NCBI GenBank assembly: GCA_964492065.1
Contig: CAZBHH010000001.1
Location: 225,845-289,844 of the forward strand
Reading direction: 5' to 3'
From: an uncultured Chitinophagales bacterium
GTDB lineage: Bacteria; Bacteroidota; Bacteroidia; Chitinophagales; BACL12
Length of the DNA: 64,000 bases
Numbering within the stretch: position 1 is the stretch's first letter; every line of letters begins with the position of its first letter. Shown here in pieces: positions 52,739 to 62,325 of the stretch. The notes under the pieces are model-generated. The model was not told the origin of the DNA and made no database searches. It saw nothing but the letters and a program-made list of their open reading frames with translations. The position numbers and the translations under genes are program-made.

Positions 52739-54775
52739 TTATGCGCCGTCGCCAAACTTTTCTGCGAGCAGCTTTTCCAATCCATACATTTCGTCGCGGT
52801 ATCTCGCCGCCATCAGAAACTCCATATCCTTTGCCGCCTGGATCATTTTCTTTTTCGTCTCGGCAATGGCTTTTTCCAATTGGGGTCGCGTCATGTAGTT
52901 TAACACCGGGTCTGCCACCAGCGTGATCTCCTCATGTTCGACATAAGCGGCTTGTTCACCGCCTTTAATTTTCAGTACCGACGCCTGTTCAAAGATTTCT
53001 TCCGTGGATTTGGTCACCGTCTGCGGTATGATGCCGTGCTGCTGGTTATACTCTACCTGTTTGGCCCGCCGGCGGTTAGTTTCGTCAATAGTGCGCTGCA
53101 TGCTGTCCGTAATCTTATCGGCATACATGATTACTTTGCCGTTGGCATTTCTCGCCGCCCGACCCGAGGTTTGTGTCAGTGATCGGGTATTGCGCAAAAA
53201 TCCCTCCTTGTCGGCATCCATGATCGCCACTAAACTCACTTCGGGCAAGTCCAACCCTTCCCGCAGTAAATTGACTCCCACCACCACGCTTAATTTGCCC
53301 AATCGCAGATCCCGCAGAATTTCAACACGTTCCAGGGTATCGACTTCGCTGTGGATATACCTGCAACTCACCTGCATTTTTAACAGGTATTTACTCAGTT
53401 CCTCGGCCATGCGCTTGGTAAGCGTAGTAACCAGTACCCGTTCGTTCTTCCTGATGCGTTCGTCAATTTCTTCCAGCAGGTCATCTATTTGGTTGAGTGT
53501 AGGCCGCACTTCAATGGGTGGATCCAGCAGGCCGGTGGGCCGCACAACCTGCTCTACAATTACACCGCCGGTTTGTTTCAATTCAAAATCGCCGGGAGTG
53601 GCACTCACATAAATCGTCTGACCGATTATGCCCATAAATTCATCAAAATTCAGAGGCCGGTTATCCATTGCCGATGGAAGCCGGAACCCATACTCTACCA
53701 GGTTCGTTTTGCGGGAGCGGTCGCCTCCGTACATGGCGCCGATTTGCGGGACGCTCACATGGCTCTCGTCAATTACCAGCAAAAAATCATCGGGGAAAAA
53801 ATCGAGCAGGCAAAAGGGACGGGTACCGGGTTTGCGGCGGTCGAAAAATCGCGAATAATTTTCAATGCCGCTGCAATAGCCCAATTCCTTAATCATCTCG
53901 ATATCGAAATGCACCCTGTCTTTTAATCGCTTGGCTTCCAGGTATTTTCCGTTGCGTTCAAAATATGCCACCTGCTCATCCAGTTCCTCGTGAATCTCAT
54001 GTAAAATCTGCGGAAAAATTTCCTTCGGCGCTATGTATAAATTCGCCGGGAAGATGGCGATATGCTCTGCAGTCTCGATGCGCTTGTTCGTATCGGGATT
54101 TACCACTTCGAGTTCTTCAATTTCATCGCCGAAAAAAACGATGCGATAGGTATAATCGGCATAGGCGGGGAATACTTCGACTACATCGCCGTTCACCCGG
54201 AAAGTGCCCCGGCGAAAATCGGCTACCGTCCTTGCATACAGCGAATTGACGAGTGCGTGCAGCAACACATTGCGACTTATGACATCCCCCTTTGAAAGGC
54301 GAATGATGCTCTCCTTAAACTCGGTGGGGTTGCCGATACCGTAAATACAAGAAACCGTAGCCACGACGATAACATCTCTCCTGCCGCTCTGTAAACTGGA
54401 TGTGGTCTTCAGCCGGAGCTTTTCCACTTCTTCGTTTATCGACAAATCCTTTTCGATATAGGTGTCCGTATGGGCGATGTATGCTTCCGGCTGATAATAA
54501 TCGTAGTAACTCACGAAATACTCGACTGCATTGTTCGGAAAGAATTGCTTAAACTCTCCGTACAATTGCGCTACAAGCGTCTTATTATGGCTCAGCACCA
54601 AAGTTGGACGCTGCACCTGTTGTATTACATTGGCGATGGTAAATGTCTTACCGCTGCCGGTTACACCCAATAGCACCTGTGCATGTTCTCCGTCCCGAAT
54701 ACCATCGACCAACTGTCGGATTGCTTCGGGCTGGTCTCCGGTGGGGACATAGGACGATGTGAGTTTAAAATCCAT
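52739..54775 (-). CDS. uvrB: Excinuclease ABC subunit B
   Basis: 678 aa with GVTGSGKTF and DESH helicase motifs and a C-terminal UVR domain (AAKDMEFLMAARYRDE). Confidence 0.97.
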   Translation of the reverse strand: MDFKLTSSYVPTGDQPEAIRQLVDGIRDGEHAQVLLGVTGSGKTFTIANVIQQVQRPTLVLSHNKTLVAQLYGEFKQFFPNNAVEYFVSYYDYYQPEAYIAHTDTYIEKDLSINEEVEKLRLKTTSSLQSGRRDVIVVATVSCIYGIGNPTEFKESIIRLSKGDVISRNVLLHALVNSLYARTVADFRRGTFRVNGDVVEVFPAYADYTYRIVFFGDEIEELEVVNPDTNKRIETAEHIAIFPANLYIAPKEIFPQILHEIHEELDEQVAYFERNGKYLEAKRLKDRVHFDIEMIKELGYCSGIENYSRFFDRRKPGTRPFCLLDFFPDDFLLVIDESHVSVPQIGAMYGGDRSRKTNLVEYGFRLPSAMDNRPLNFDEFMGIIGQTIYVSATPGDFELKQTGGVIVEQVVRPTGLLDPPIEVRPTLNQIDDLLEEIDERIRKNERVLVTTLTKRMAEELSKYLLKMQVSCRYIHSEVDTLERVEILRDLRLGKLSVVVGVNLLREGLDLPEVSLVAIMDADKEGFLRNTRSLTQTSGRAARNANGKVIMYADKITDSMQRTIDETNRRRAKQVEYNQQHGIIPQTVTKSTEEIFEQASVLKIKGGEQAAYVEHEEITLVADPVLNYMTRPQLEKAIAETKKKMIQAAKDMEFLMAARYRDEMYGLEKLLAEKFGDGA

Positions 54776-54839
54776 TTGAACAAAACTACAACTTTGCGAA
54801 ACGCAAAATAGTTTAATCCGCCATTGCGGTAATTACTTT

Positions 54840-54847
54840 TAACTTTG
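54840..54847 (+). promoter_or_regulatory. Candidate -7 box TAACTTTG (DUF5606-like gene)
   Basis: Exact TAnnTTTG, 14 nt upstream of ATG 54862. Confidence 0.4.
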
Positions 54848-54861
54848 TAAAAAATCCAAGT

Positions 54862-55332
54862 ATGAGAATTAAGGATATAGTTTCAATCAGCGGCATGTCG
54901 GGATTATATAAAATAGAAGGTCAAAAACCAAGCGGGCTTATCGTAACTTCACTGACGGAAGGCTGGACAAAATTCGTATCCAACCGCCAACACATGTTTT
55001 CGCCATTGGAGAATATTTCTATCTATACGGATACAGACAATGTGGAACTCGTGGATGTATTGCTGGAGATACATGCAAAGAAAGAATCGCATCCGCCGGT
55101 GGATACGAAGGCGGATAACGCCGTATTGCGTGATTGGTTTAGGCATATTGTCCCAAATTACGACCATGAAAAAGTGTATGTCAGCGATATTAAAAAACTG
55201 ATTAAATGGTTTGATATTTTGGAAGCGCATCAAGTCATTTCCGGAGAAATTGAAGCCCGCAACGAGGAGGGAGCAAAGCAGCCGGCAGCGGATGACGATG
55301 CATCGCCGTCGGATGACGCCTCAAACGCATAG
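54862..55332 (+). CDS. Conserved Bacteroidota hypothetical protein (DUF5606-like) with an acidic tail
   Basis: 156 aa. The N-terminus MRIKDIVSISGMSGLYKI matches a family I recall as DUF5606. A TAACTTTG box lies 14 nt upstream. Confidence 0.5.
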   Translation: MRIKDIVSISGMSGLYKIEGQKPSGLIVTSLTEGWTKFVSNRQHMFSPLENISIYTDTDNVELVDVLLEIHAKKESHPPVDTKADNAVLRDWFRHIVPNYDHEKVYVSDIKKLIKWFDILEAHQVISGEIEARNEEGAKQPAADDDASPSDDASNA

Positions 55333-55334
55333 TA

Positions 55335-56162
55335 TCACAGTTTTATAAACTTCCCCGCAAAGCGCTTATTGCCGTCATTGCAGTACAACATATACATTCC
55401 CGGGGTCAAAGCGCTCACATCGACAACTGCCGTCGCATCTCCTTCGATTATTTTCTCGAGCAATTTCCTGCCGTCCAATCCATACACGGCAAGAGTTACC
55501 GCTTCGGTAAACGCACCGGTTTGCAACTGTAAATTTTCAAGCACCGGATTATTTACCAGCACACTGTTCAGCAATACAAACTGATCTACCGACAACGGAA
55601 TATTCGCAGGGTCTTCGATTGCGGTAACTGCATCGATATATATCGAATCGCCGGTGGCTTCATCGTCGTTATTCGCCGCATTCACCGCCACGTAGAAGGT
55701 CACATCGCCTTCGGAAGTGGTAGGCGTCCAGTCAAACGACCAGGTCTTGGTATCCACGCCGCTGTTGCCGGCCAATGTATGGGTAATATATTTTTTAAAG
55801 CCCACAAATTTTGTCTGCACATCATCGGTGAGCAACATTTCGCCCATGCCGTCGCCTTCCAGGTTTTGAGGGGATGCCTGAAATCCGAAACGCACGCCGC
55901 CGGGATTATTTACGGTAACGGAAATGGTATAGGTTTGATTTGCCAGGTAGCCCGTTTCGGGAATATTGGTAGTAATCAGCCCGTCCATGGGCTTGGCAGT
56001 GCCCACATGACAATCGGTGTGGGCACAGGTGGAATTGTCGCCGGGAGAACCCGTATTGCCCGAAGGCGCCCCGTCCGGTTTGCCTTCCATCTGCAATCCG
56101 CTGATAATTAAAATCATAATGCCAAGTATGGCAACTCCCGAAAAAATTACTTTGTTACTCAT
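55335..56162 (-). CDS. Secreted protein with an N-terminal GxPxGxTGxPGD..C-x4-CH motif and a T9SS type-A C-terminal domain
   Basis: Start at ATG 56162 (MSNKVIFSGVAILG.., signal/anchor). It has GAPSGNTGSPGDNSTCAHTDCH, an Ig-like middle region and the C-terminus LAVYGLDGRKL...GMYMLYCNDGNKRFAGKFIKL. Confidence 0.65.
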   Translation of the reverse strand: MSNKVIFSGVAILGIMILIISGLQMEGKPDGAPSGNTGSPGDNSTCAHTDCHVGTAKPMDGLITTNIPETGYLANQTYTISVTVNNPGGVRFGFQASPQNLEGDGMGEMLLTDDVQTKFVGFKKYITHTLAGNSGVDTKTWSFDWTPTTSEGDVTFYVAVNAANNDDEATGDSIYIDAVTAIEDPANIPLSVDQFVLLNSVLVNNPVLENLQLQTGAFTEAVTLAVYGLDGRKLLEKIIEGDATAVVDVSALTPGMYMLYCNDGNKRFAGKFIKL

Positions 56163-56244
56163 CTGTTTGTATTTGAATATGCACCTGCAAGATGCATTTA
56201 ATTTTTTACTCGGGAAAAGGGACAATTAAAAAATTACATTGTGC

Positions 56245-56730
56245 TTACTTTATTGTCTTCTGCCATTCTAAGATCTGCTCGGCGGCTTCACGGGATTTTA
56301 CCTTGTGGATGATATGGATAATCTTTCCATCTTCGCCGATAATGAACGTAAGGCGATGAATGCTCTGCACTATTTTTCCCATGAATAATTTATCGCCGAA
56401 CACCCCGTATTTTTTTGCGATTTTCAAATCGGGATCATTGATTAAGCGGAAAGGCAGATCGTGTCTATCGGCGAATTTCTTTTTGTTGCTCACCGTACCT
56501 TTTGATATGCCGATAATCTCATACCCCGACTTCTTCAATTTGGAATAATTATCTCGCAGATTACAGGCTTCCACCGTACATGTGGGAGTCAGATCGCCCG
56601 GATAAAAAAACAGAATCGTCTTTTTCCCTCTCGTACTCTGTAATTCAAATGTATTACCATCCTGGTCCAATCCTTTGAAGTCAGGCGCCTTTCTTCCGGG
56701 TTTCAGGTGTGTTATCGATTCCTGGCGCAT
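56245..56730 (-). CDS. bcp: Thiol peroxidase Bcp/PrxQ (peroxiredoxin)
   Basis: 161 aa. FFYPGDLTPTCTVEAC has the peroxidatic and resolving Cys spaced C-x4-C. Confidence 0.9.
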   Translation of the reverse strand: MRQESITHLKPGRKAPDFKGLDQDGNTFELQSTRGKKTILFFYPGDLTPTCTVEACNLRDNYSKLKKSGYEIIGISKGTVSNKKKFADRHDLPFRLINDPDLKIAKKYGVFGDKLFMGKIVQSIHRLTFIIGEDGKIIHIIHKVKSREAAEQILEWQKTIK

Positions 56731-56762
56731 TGTAAATTACTGTTTATTGTTGCGTTAATTTA

Positions 56763-56781
56763 AAATTCAATATTTGAATTT
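56763..56781. promoter_or_regulatory. Perfect 8+8 inverted repeat AAATTCAA-tat-TTGAATTT upstream of bcp
   Basis: Read directly from the sequence. It lies 33-51 nt upstream of the bcp ATG (56730). Confidence 0.3.
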
Positions 56782-56898
56782 GCGAATACCGTTGCTTCGC
56801 CTTTGCAATACAATGCAAACTGTATCGAATGGAAAAAAGTTTGAATATACGACTGCGGTATTCCACAGCAATTACCTGTTATATCTTTGTAATCCGGT

Positions 56899-58386
56899 TT
56901 ACACCTGTTTATTTTGACTGCCCTTGCGCACGGCGCCGTGCGCATTTATCGAAAGCAGATACAACAATACAAAAGTGACTATGCCATTCACCAGCAGCAA
57001 TTCATACCCGAACTTATAACCGCCCAGCCACTCAGCGGAGTGTTCGTTGAGAAAGTAACAGAGAACAGGTGGGAGCGCACAAACAAATGGCACCCATCTG
57101 TCCCGGACATTGCGCTTCGTCAGAATGCCAAAAGCAAATAATCCCAGCAGCGGGCCGTAGGTATAACCCGCCACCGTAAAGACGGCATTGATAACGGTAT
57201 CGTTATTAATGCGCTGAAAAACTACAATCACCACGAGCAGCAAAACGGCAAAGGCGATATGAATGAAGTGCCGGGTTGTCTTGTTGGATTCAGACTCGCG
57301 GGCACCCTCGGTTTTCCTGCCGAGTATATCGATGTAAAAGGAAGTGGTAAGAGTAGTCAGTACCGAATCGGCGCTCGAAAAAGTAGCGGCTGTGATACCC
57401 AGGACAAATACTATGGAGGCAAACATGCCGAGGTGTTCCAGCGCCAGCAACGGAAACAATTTATCCGTTTGTTCGGGGATGGGAATGTGTTGCGCATGTG
57501 CGTATTCAAACAATAAGGCGCCGAGGGCGACAAAAAACAAATTGACAAATACCAGGACAATGCTGAACCACTGGATATTCTTCTTTGCCTCACCCAGGGT
57601 GCGGATACTCAGATTTTTCTGCATCATATTTTGATCCAGGCCGGTCATGACAACGGCTATCAATGCTCCGCTGAAAAATTGCTTAAAGAAAAAATTTTTC
57701 TCGTGCCAATCCCAAAAAAAGATGCGGGCATATTCACTGTTGCGCACGGTAGAAATTATTCCCGGGACATCCAGGTCCATGTTGTCGGAGATGGCGACAA
57801 TAGATAAAATGACCCCCAGCAATAAAAACGAAGATTGCATCGTATCTGTCCATACCAGCGTTTTAATGCCTCCCTTATAGGTATAAAGCAGGATGAGGAC
57901 AATAATTATCGAAACGGTTACAATAAATGAAATTCCCCATGCATCGAAAATAAACAGTTGCAACACCATTGCGGAGATATACAATCGAAAGGCGGCGCCG
58001 ATGAGGCGGGAAATGATGAAATAGAATGAACCGGTCTTCTGCGAGGCGCTGCCGAGCCTGTCGCCGAGGTAAGTGTAAATGGAGGTGAGTTGCAGGCGGT
58101 AATACAACGGCAGCAATACTTGTGCGATTACGATGTACCCGAGCACATAACCAAACACGATCTGCATGTATGAAAACTGCACTGAAGCTACCGATCCCGG
58201 AACGGAGACAAACGTGACTCCCGACAGCGAATCGCCGATTAGTCCAAAGGCGACGGCATACCAGGGCGACACCCGGTTGCCGATAAAGTAGGCCGTTTGG
58301 TCAGCTTTACGGGAAGTGTACCAGGATATGGCAAACAACAGCGAAAAATAAATGATGATAATAATTAAAATTACAGATGCCGGCAT
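56899..58386 (-). CDS. Sodium:solute symporter (SSS) family transporter
   Basis: About 495 aa with about 13 TMs. I prefer ATG at 58386; the track start at 58395 is TTG. Confidence 0.8.
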   Translation of the reverse strand: MPASVILIIIIIYFSLLFAISWYTSRKADQTAYFIGNRVSPWYAVAFGLIGDSLSGVTFVSVPGSVASVQFSYMQIVFGYVLGYIVIAQVLLPLYYRLQLTSIYTYLGDRLGSASQKTGSFYFIISRLIGAAFRLYISAMVLQLFIFDAWGISFIVTVSIIIVLILLYTYKGGIKTLVWTDTMQSSFLLLGVILSIVAISDNMDLDVPGIISTVRNSEYARIFFWDWHEKNFFFKQFFSGALIAVVMTGLDQNMMQKNLSIRTLGEAKKNIQWFSIVLVFVNLFFVALGALLFEYAHAQHIPIPEQTDKLFPLLALEHLGMFASIVFVLGITAATFSSADSVLTTLTTSFYIDILGRKTEGARESESNKTTRHFIHIAFAVLLLVVIVVFQRINNDTVINAVFTVAGYTYGPLLGLFAFGILTKRNVRDRWVPFVCALPPVLCYFLNEHSAEWLGGYKFGYELLLVNGIVTFVLLYLLSINAHGAVRKGSQNKQV

Positions 58387-58467
58387 GCGATACAATGAGT
58401 GCGAAAAATAAACTAATTATTCACGACACGGCGAGCGGTTTTACACATTCGGCAAATCACAACAGCA

Positions 58468-60114
58468 TTATACGAGGTACTTGCCCTCAATGGGCATGCG
58501 CCTGCCCGAGCCGAATGCCTTTGGCGACACCCGGAGTATGGGCGGAAACTGATAGCGCTTCCACTCGCTGCTGTTCACCATTTTAACGGAGCGCCGGACC
58601 GTGGCGGCATCGAACCCCATAGCGATAATGTCCTGTGGACTTTGGCTCCGCTCGATGTACTGATATAAAATTTTATCCAGCACTTCGTACGGTGGTAAGG
58701 TATCCTGATCTTTCTGATCGTGTTTTAATTCGGCGCTGGGCGCTTTATGAATGATATTCCCCGGTATAATTTCAGCGGACTGATTGACATAATCGGCCAA
58801 GGCATACACTTCGGTTTTATACACATCGGCCAACACGGCAAGCCCTCCGCACAAATCGCCGTATAAAGTGCCGTAACCAACGGCGGCCTCGCTCTTGTTA
58901 GTCGTATTCAACAAAATATAACCGTGCTTGTTACACAAAGCCATCAGGATCATTCCCCGAATCCTCGCCTGCAGATTTTCTTCGGTCACGTCGGCCGGCT
59001 TCGACAAAAACGACGGTGTTAATTCCCGGATAAAAGTATTGTACAGGCTGTGAATGGGAATAATTTCATAATCGATTTTCAATGTCTTTGCCAATTGCAG
59101 CGCATCGTCCACGCTGTGTTGAGAGGAAAAAGGCGACGGCATCAGCACTGCCTTTACATTTTCATTGCCCAATGCTTTGGCTGCTATTACCGCTACCAGA
59201 GCGGAATCCATGCCCCCCGATAATCCGAAAATCGCTTTATTGAAGTGCAGCTTTTCAAAGTAATTGCGCACCCCGTTTATCAATGCTTCATATATCAAAG
59301 GGATTTTTTCTTTCGACTGTACCCGCTCTATAACATCCACTCCGCCGGCCAGGACTTCTTCCAGGTCGAAGACCTGCATGGACTCTTTAAAAAAAATCAT
59401 TTCTGAAAACACTTTGCCGTGTGCATTCATTACCACGCTTCCCCCGTCGAAAATCAAATCGGTCTGGGCGCCGGCATAGTTTACGTAAAACAAGGGCACC
59501 TTATAGCGCAGCGCATTTTCCCGCAACACGCCCAGGCGGCTCTGTGCATGTTGGTAATCGAACGGCGATGCGGAAATATTGATCATAACATCCGGCTGTT
59601 CCCTCGTCAAGGTATCCATCGGGCAATGCCGGTACATCGGGTTTTCGTTGCCAATATTCCAGATATCCTCGCAGATGGTAAGTGCAATTTTCTTCCCTTT
59701 AAAATCAATGCAATGCAATTCCGTATTCGGTTCAAAATAGCGGTATTCGTCAAAAATATCATACGTGGGCAGCAGCGCTTTATGGATAACCGACTGCACC
59801 TTGTGCTGATAAATAAAAAATGCTGAATTGTATAAATCCTTTCCTTCAACTACCGGGTTGCGTGAGGGGCTCCCTACTATCACCGCAATATTTGCCGTCA
59901 GCGCTTGTATCTGTTCTATCACGGTATAACATTGATCAATAAAATCTTCAAATTCCAGGAAATCTCTCGGCGGGTATCCGCAAACTGCCAATTCTGGGAA
60001 TACGACAATATCTGCGCCTTGCCGTTCGGCATCTGCAATTTTGGAGGCAATCTTCGAATAATTCGATTCGAAATTGCCGATATGGGAATTGATTTGTGCT
60101 AAGGCTATTTTCAT
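58468..60114 (-). CDS. nadE: Glutamine-dependent NAD+ synthetase
   Basis: The N-terminal CN-hydrolase domain starts MKIALAQIN and includes CEDIW. The C-terminal synthetase has the SGGMDS PP-loop. The start is ATG at 60114. Confidence 0.93.
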   Translation of the reverse strand: MKIALAQINSHIGNFESNYSKIASKIADAERQGADIVVFPELAVCGYPPRDFLEFEDFIDQCYTVIEQIQALTANIAVIVGSPSRNPVVEGKDLYNSAFFIYQHKVQSVIHKALLPTYDIFDEYRYFEPNTELHCIDFKGKKIALTICEDIWNIGNENPMYRHCPMDTLTREQPDVMINISASPFDYQHAQSRLGVLRENALRYKVPLFYVNYAGAQTDLIFDGGSVVMNAHGKVFSEMIFFKESMQVFDLEEVLAGGVDVIERVQSKEKIPLIYEALINGVRNYFEKLHFNKAIFGLSGGMDSALVAVIAAKALGNENVKAVLMPSPFSSQHSVDDALQLAKTLKIDYEIIPIHSLYNTFIRELTPSFLSKPADVTEENLQARIRGMILMALCNKHGYILLNTTNKSEAAVGYGTLYGDLCGGLAVLADVYKTEVYALADYVNQSAEIIPGNIIHKAPSAELKHDQKDQDTLPPYEVLDKILYQYIERSQSPQDIIAMGFDAATVRRSVKMVNSSEWKRYQFPPILRVSPKAFGSGRRMPIEGKYLV

Positions 60115-60175
60115 AAAAAAACCGTACAAACACATCGCTGTACGGTTCAAAGTTAAGTTGAAAACCGGTTACTTT

Positions 60176-60838
60176 TCAGAATAAAACACCCAGGCGCAGG
60201 CCTAACTGTTTCAGTTGAATGTTTTCATCTGTGGTACTGAAATCCATTACGTTTAAAAATCCGTTTTGGAAAAATATACCGCCGGTTATGATTGTTGTTT
60301 CGGTAATTGAGAACTCGGCTCCCAGACCCACAGTAAGGCTCAGGTTAAACAAATTATACTTGTCACCTGTGGCTGTTTCTTCCCGCAGGTTATAATCCTT
60401 GACCAATTCGTTGCCGTTTGCATCTTCCATATCGTAGCGAGCTTTGATATTGATGCCGGGAGTCAACCCGAACTGTCCGTAATAGCGCATATAGTTCACT
60501 TCGTTAGTGCGCAGTTTAACAGAGAGCGGCACTTCAATATATCCGCAGCGGATGGTGGAATAATACGTATTCAGGGAATCGACATCCTTTAAAAATCCGC
60601 CGGCGGTATTGACGATTACACCGGATGAAAACACATAATTATCCGATGGGCCGAGATTTGTCTCGAACAATAATCCATATTGAAATCCCAGTTTCACACC
60701 ATCGCTTTGGACATCATCGCCGCCGATGCCAAACCAGGAAAACAGCGGTGATGCGGTGAGGCCGAAACGGAAATTTTGAGCAGAAACGGAATATCCTGTT
60801 AGTAAGCTCAGAAAAAGAATTACAACAATTTTTTTCAT
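60176..60838 (-). CDS. Small outer-membrane beta-barrel (porin-family/PorT-like) protein
   Basis: 220 aa with a signal peptide ending SAQ, alternating amphipathic beta strands and a C-terminal ...LGVLF. Confidence 0.65.
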   Translation of the reverse strand: MKKIVVILFLSLLTGYSVSAQNFRFGLTASPLFSWFGIGGDDVQSDGVKLGFQYGLLFETNLGPSDNYVFSSGVIVNTAGGFLKDVDSLNTYYSTIRCGYIEVPLSVKLRTNEVNYMRYYGQFGLTPGINIKARYDMEDANGNELVKDYNLREETATGDKYNLFNLSLTVGLGAEFSITETTIITGGIFFQNGFLNVMDFSTTDENIQLKQLGLRLGVLF

Positions 60839-60859
60839 AGTTTTTAGTTTTACCCGGTA

Positions 60860-61915
60860 ATGTCAGAATTCAAGTACAAACTTAAACTTTTTTTAACGAT
60901 AACTGCAAGTGCGGCATGCATTTTAATATTTGCAACATGCGGCAAAAACAACAGGCCAAAACCTCCGGATGTGTCGGGTATTCCGGTGGACGTCCAAATC
61001 GTGCGATTTGAACAGGCATTGATGGGGGCCGACGGGGAAAATTATACTCAAACCATCGATTCTATCCGGAAATTATACCCCGAATTTTTCGACTTGTATT
61101 CGGGCAGCGTATTAAATATTCCACTGGAAGACAGCGCTTATAATGTGTACGATACGATTTATACCTATATCATTAACGACAAGTATATGCAACGCCTGAA
61201 TGACAGTGTGCAAAATGCGTATCCGGATATGCGGGATGTGGAGGCGGATGTGAAGAAGGCTTTTCAATATTACAAATACTATTTCCCCGACAGCGCCTTA
61301 CCGCAGGTATATACGTATATCGCCCCCTTTGTTTACCAGATTGTTCTTGGCGACCATGTGCTCGGTATAGAACTCAATATGTTTTTGGGGAAAAATTTTT
61401 CTTACTACGGTTCTTTTGCCACTAATCTGCCGCAGTATATTTTATACCGGTTCGGGCGGGAAAATATTCCCGTAAGTATAATGCGCATGCTTGCCGATGG
61501 AAGTGTCGCTTCACTCGGCGCCGAAGCCTCTTTATTAGATGATATGCTTTACGAAGGCAAGATCATGTACTATCTGGACCTGGTGTTACCCGATGTTCCC
61601 GACAGCGTAAAGATCGGTTTCAGCAAACCGCAGCTCGCCTGGTGTGCAGCAAACGAATCGGATATCTGGAAGTTTTTCGCCGGCGAAGAATTATTATTTT
61701 CAAAGCGCAAACAGGACAAACAGGCCTATATCGGCGAAGCGCCAACCACCCGGGGGATGCCGCCGGAATCGCCGGGGCGTGTCGCTATCTGGACCGGCTG
61801 GCAAATTATCAGAAATTACATGCACAATAACCCGGATATCACCATTCATCAATTATTTGCCGATACAAACAGCTATGAGTTGTTGCGCAAAAGCAAATAC
61901 AGCCCCGATAATTAA
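60860..61915 (+). CDS. gldB: Gliding-motility lipoprotein GldB
   Basis: 351 aa with lipobox IFATCG. The C-terminal ESPGRVAIWTGWQIIRNYM...SKYSP resembles my memory of Flavobacterium GldB. The nadE neighbourhood matches known gldB synteny. Confidence 0.65.
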   Translation: MSEFKYKLKLFLTITASAACILIFATCGKNNRPKPPDVSGIPVDVQIVRFEQALMGADGENYTQTIDSIRKLYPEFFDLYSGSVLNIPLEDSAYNVYDTIYTYIINDKYMQRLNDSVQNAYPDMRDVEADVKKAFQYYKYYFPDSALPQVYTYIAPFVYQIVLGDHVLGIELNMFLGKNFSYYGSFATNLPQYILYRFGRENIPVSIMRMLADGSVASLGAEASLLDDMLYEGKIMYYLDLVLPDVPDSVKIGFSKPQLAWCAANESDIWKFFAGEELLFSKRKQDKQAYIGEAPTTRGMPPESPGRVAIWTGWQIIRNYMHNNPDITIHQLFADTNSYELLRKSKYSPDN

Positions 61916-62298
61916 TTGAGTATAAAATCGGCTACGAGATGAAATTCAGGGATGCGCACATCGAATAATGCGGCATCCTCAACGATCTCCATGAGATAGG
62001 TGCCGTGCATTTTCCCAAACGGCGATTTCAAATTACAACCCGAAACATATTGATGCATGTGGCCGGGAAAAATTTCCGGCTGCTCTCCTACCACGCCCTC
62101 GCCGCGGACTTCACGGTGTTCGTGAATGGCGTCATAAATAAACCAATGGCGGGCGATGAGTTTTACCGGACGGGCGCTTTTATTCTCAATGGTAATGCGA
62201 TAGGCAAACAGGTGTTCTTTTTTCAAAGCATTCGAATATTTTGACTGATAAAATGTCTCCACACTCACTTTTACGCCATTGGTAGTATCGGTAACCAT
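61912..62298 (-). CDS. apaG: ApaG (DUF525) protein
   Basis: 128 aa. FAYRITIEN.....V.L..RHW.I.D......EV.G.GVVGEQP is the ApaG signature. Confidence 0.85.
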   Translation of the reverse strand: MVTDTTNGVKVSVETFYQSKYSNALKKEHLFAYRITIENKSARPVKLIARHWFIYDAIHEHREVRGEGVVGEQPEIFPGHMHQYVSGCNLKSPFGKMHGTYLMEIVEDAALFDVRIPEFHLVADFILN

Positions 62299-62325
62299 AA
62301 TTCCCGTAAAAATAGGATTTGTAAT

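Noticed and set aside
56760-56945. A 61-aa ORF in the bcp-symporter spacer.
   Set aside because: It overlaps the 3' end of the symporter gene, is Cys-rich with no motif, and has no promoter or start context.
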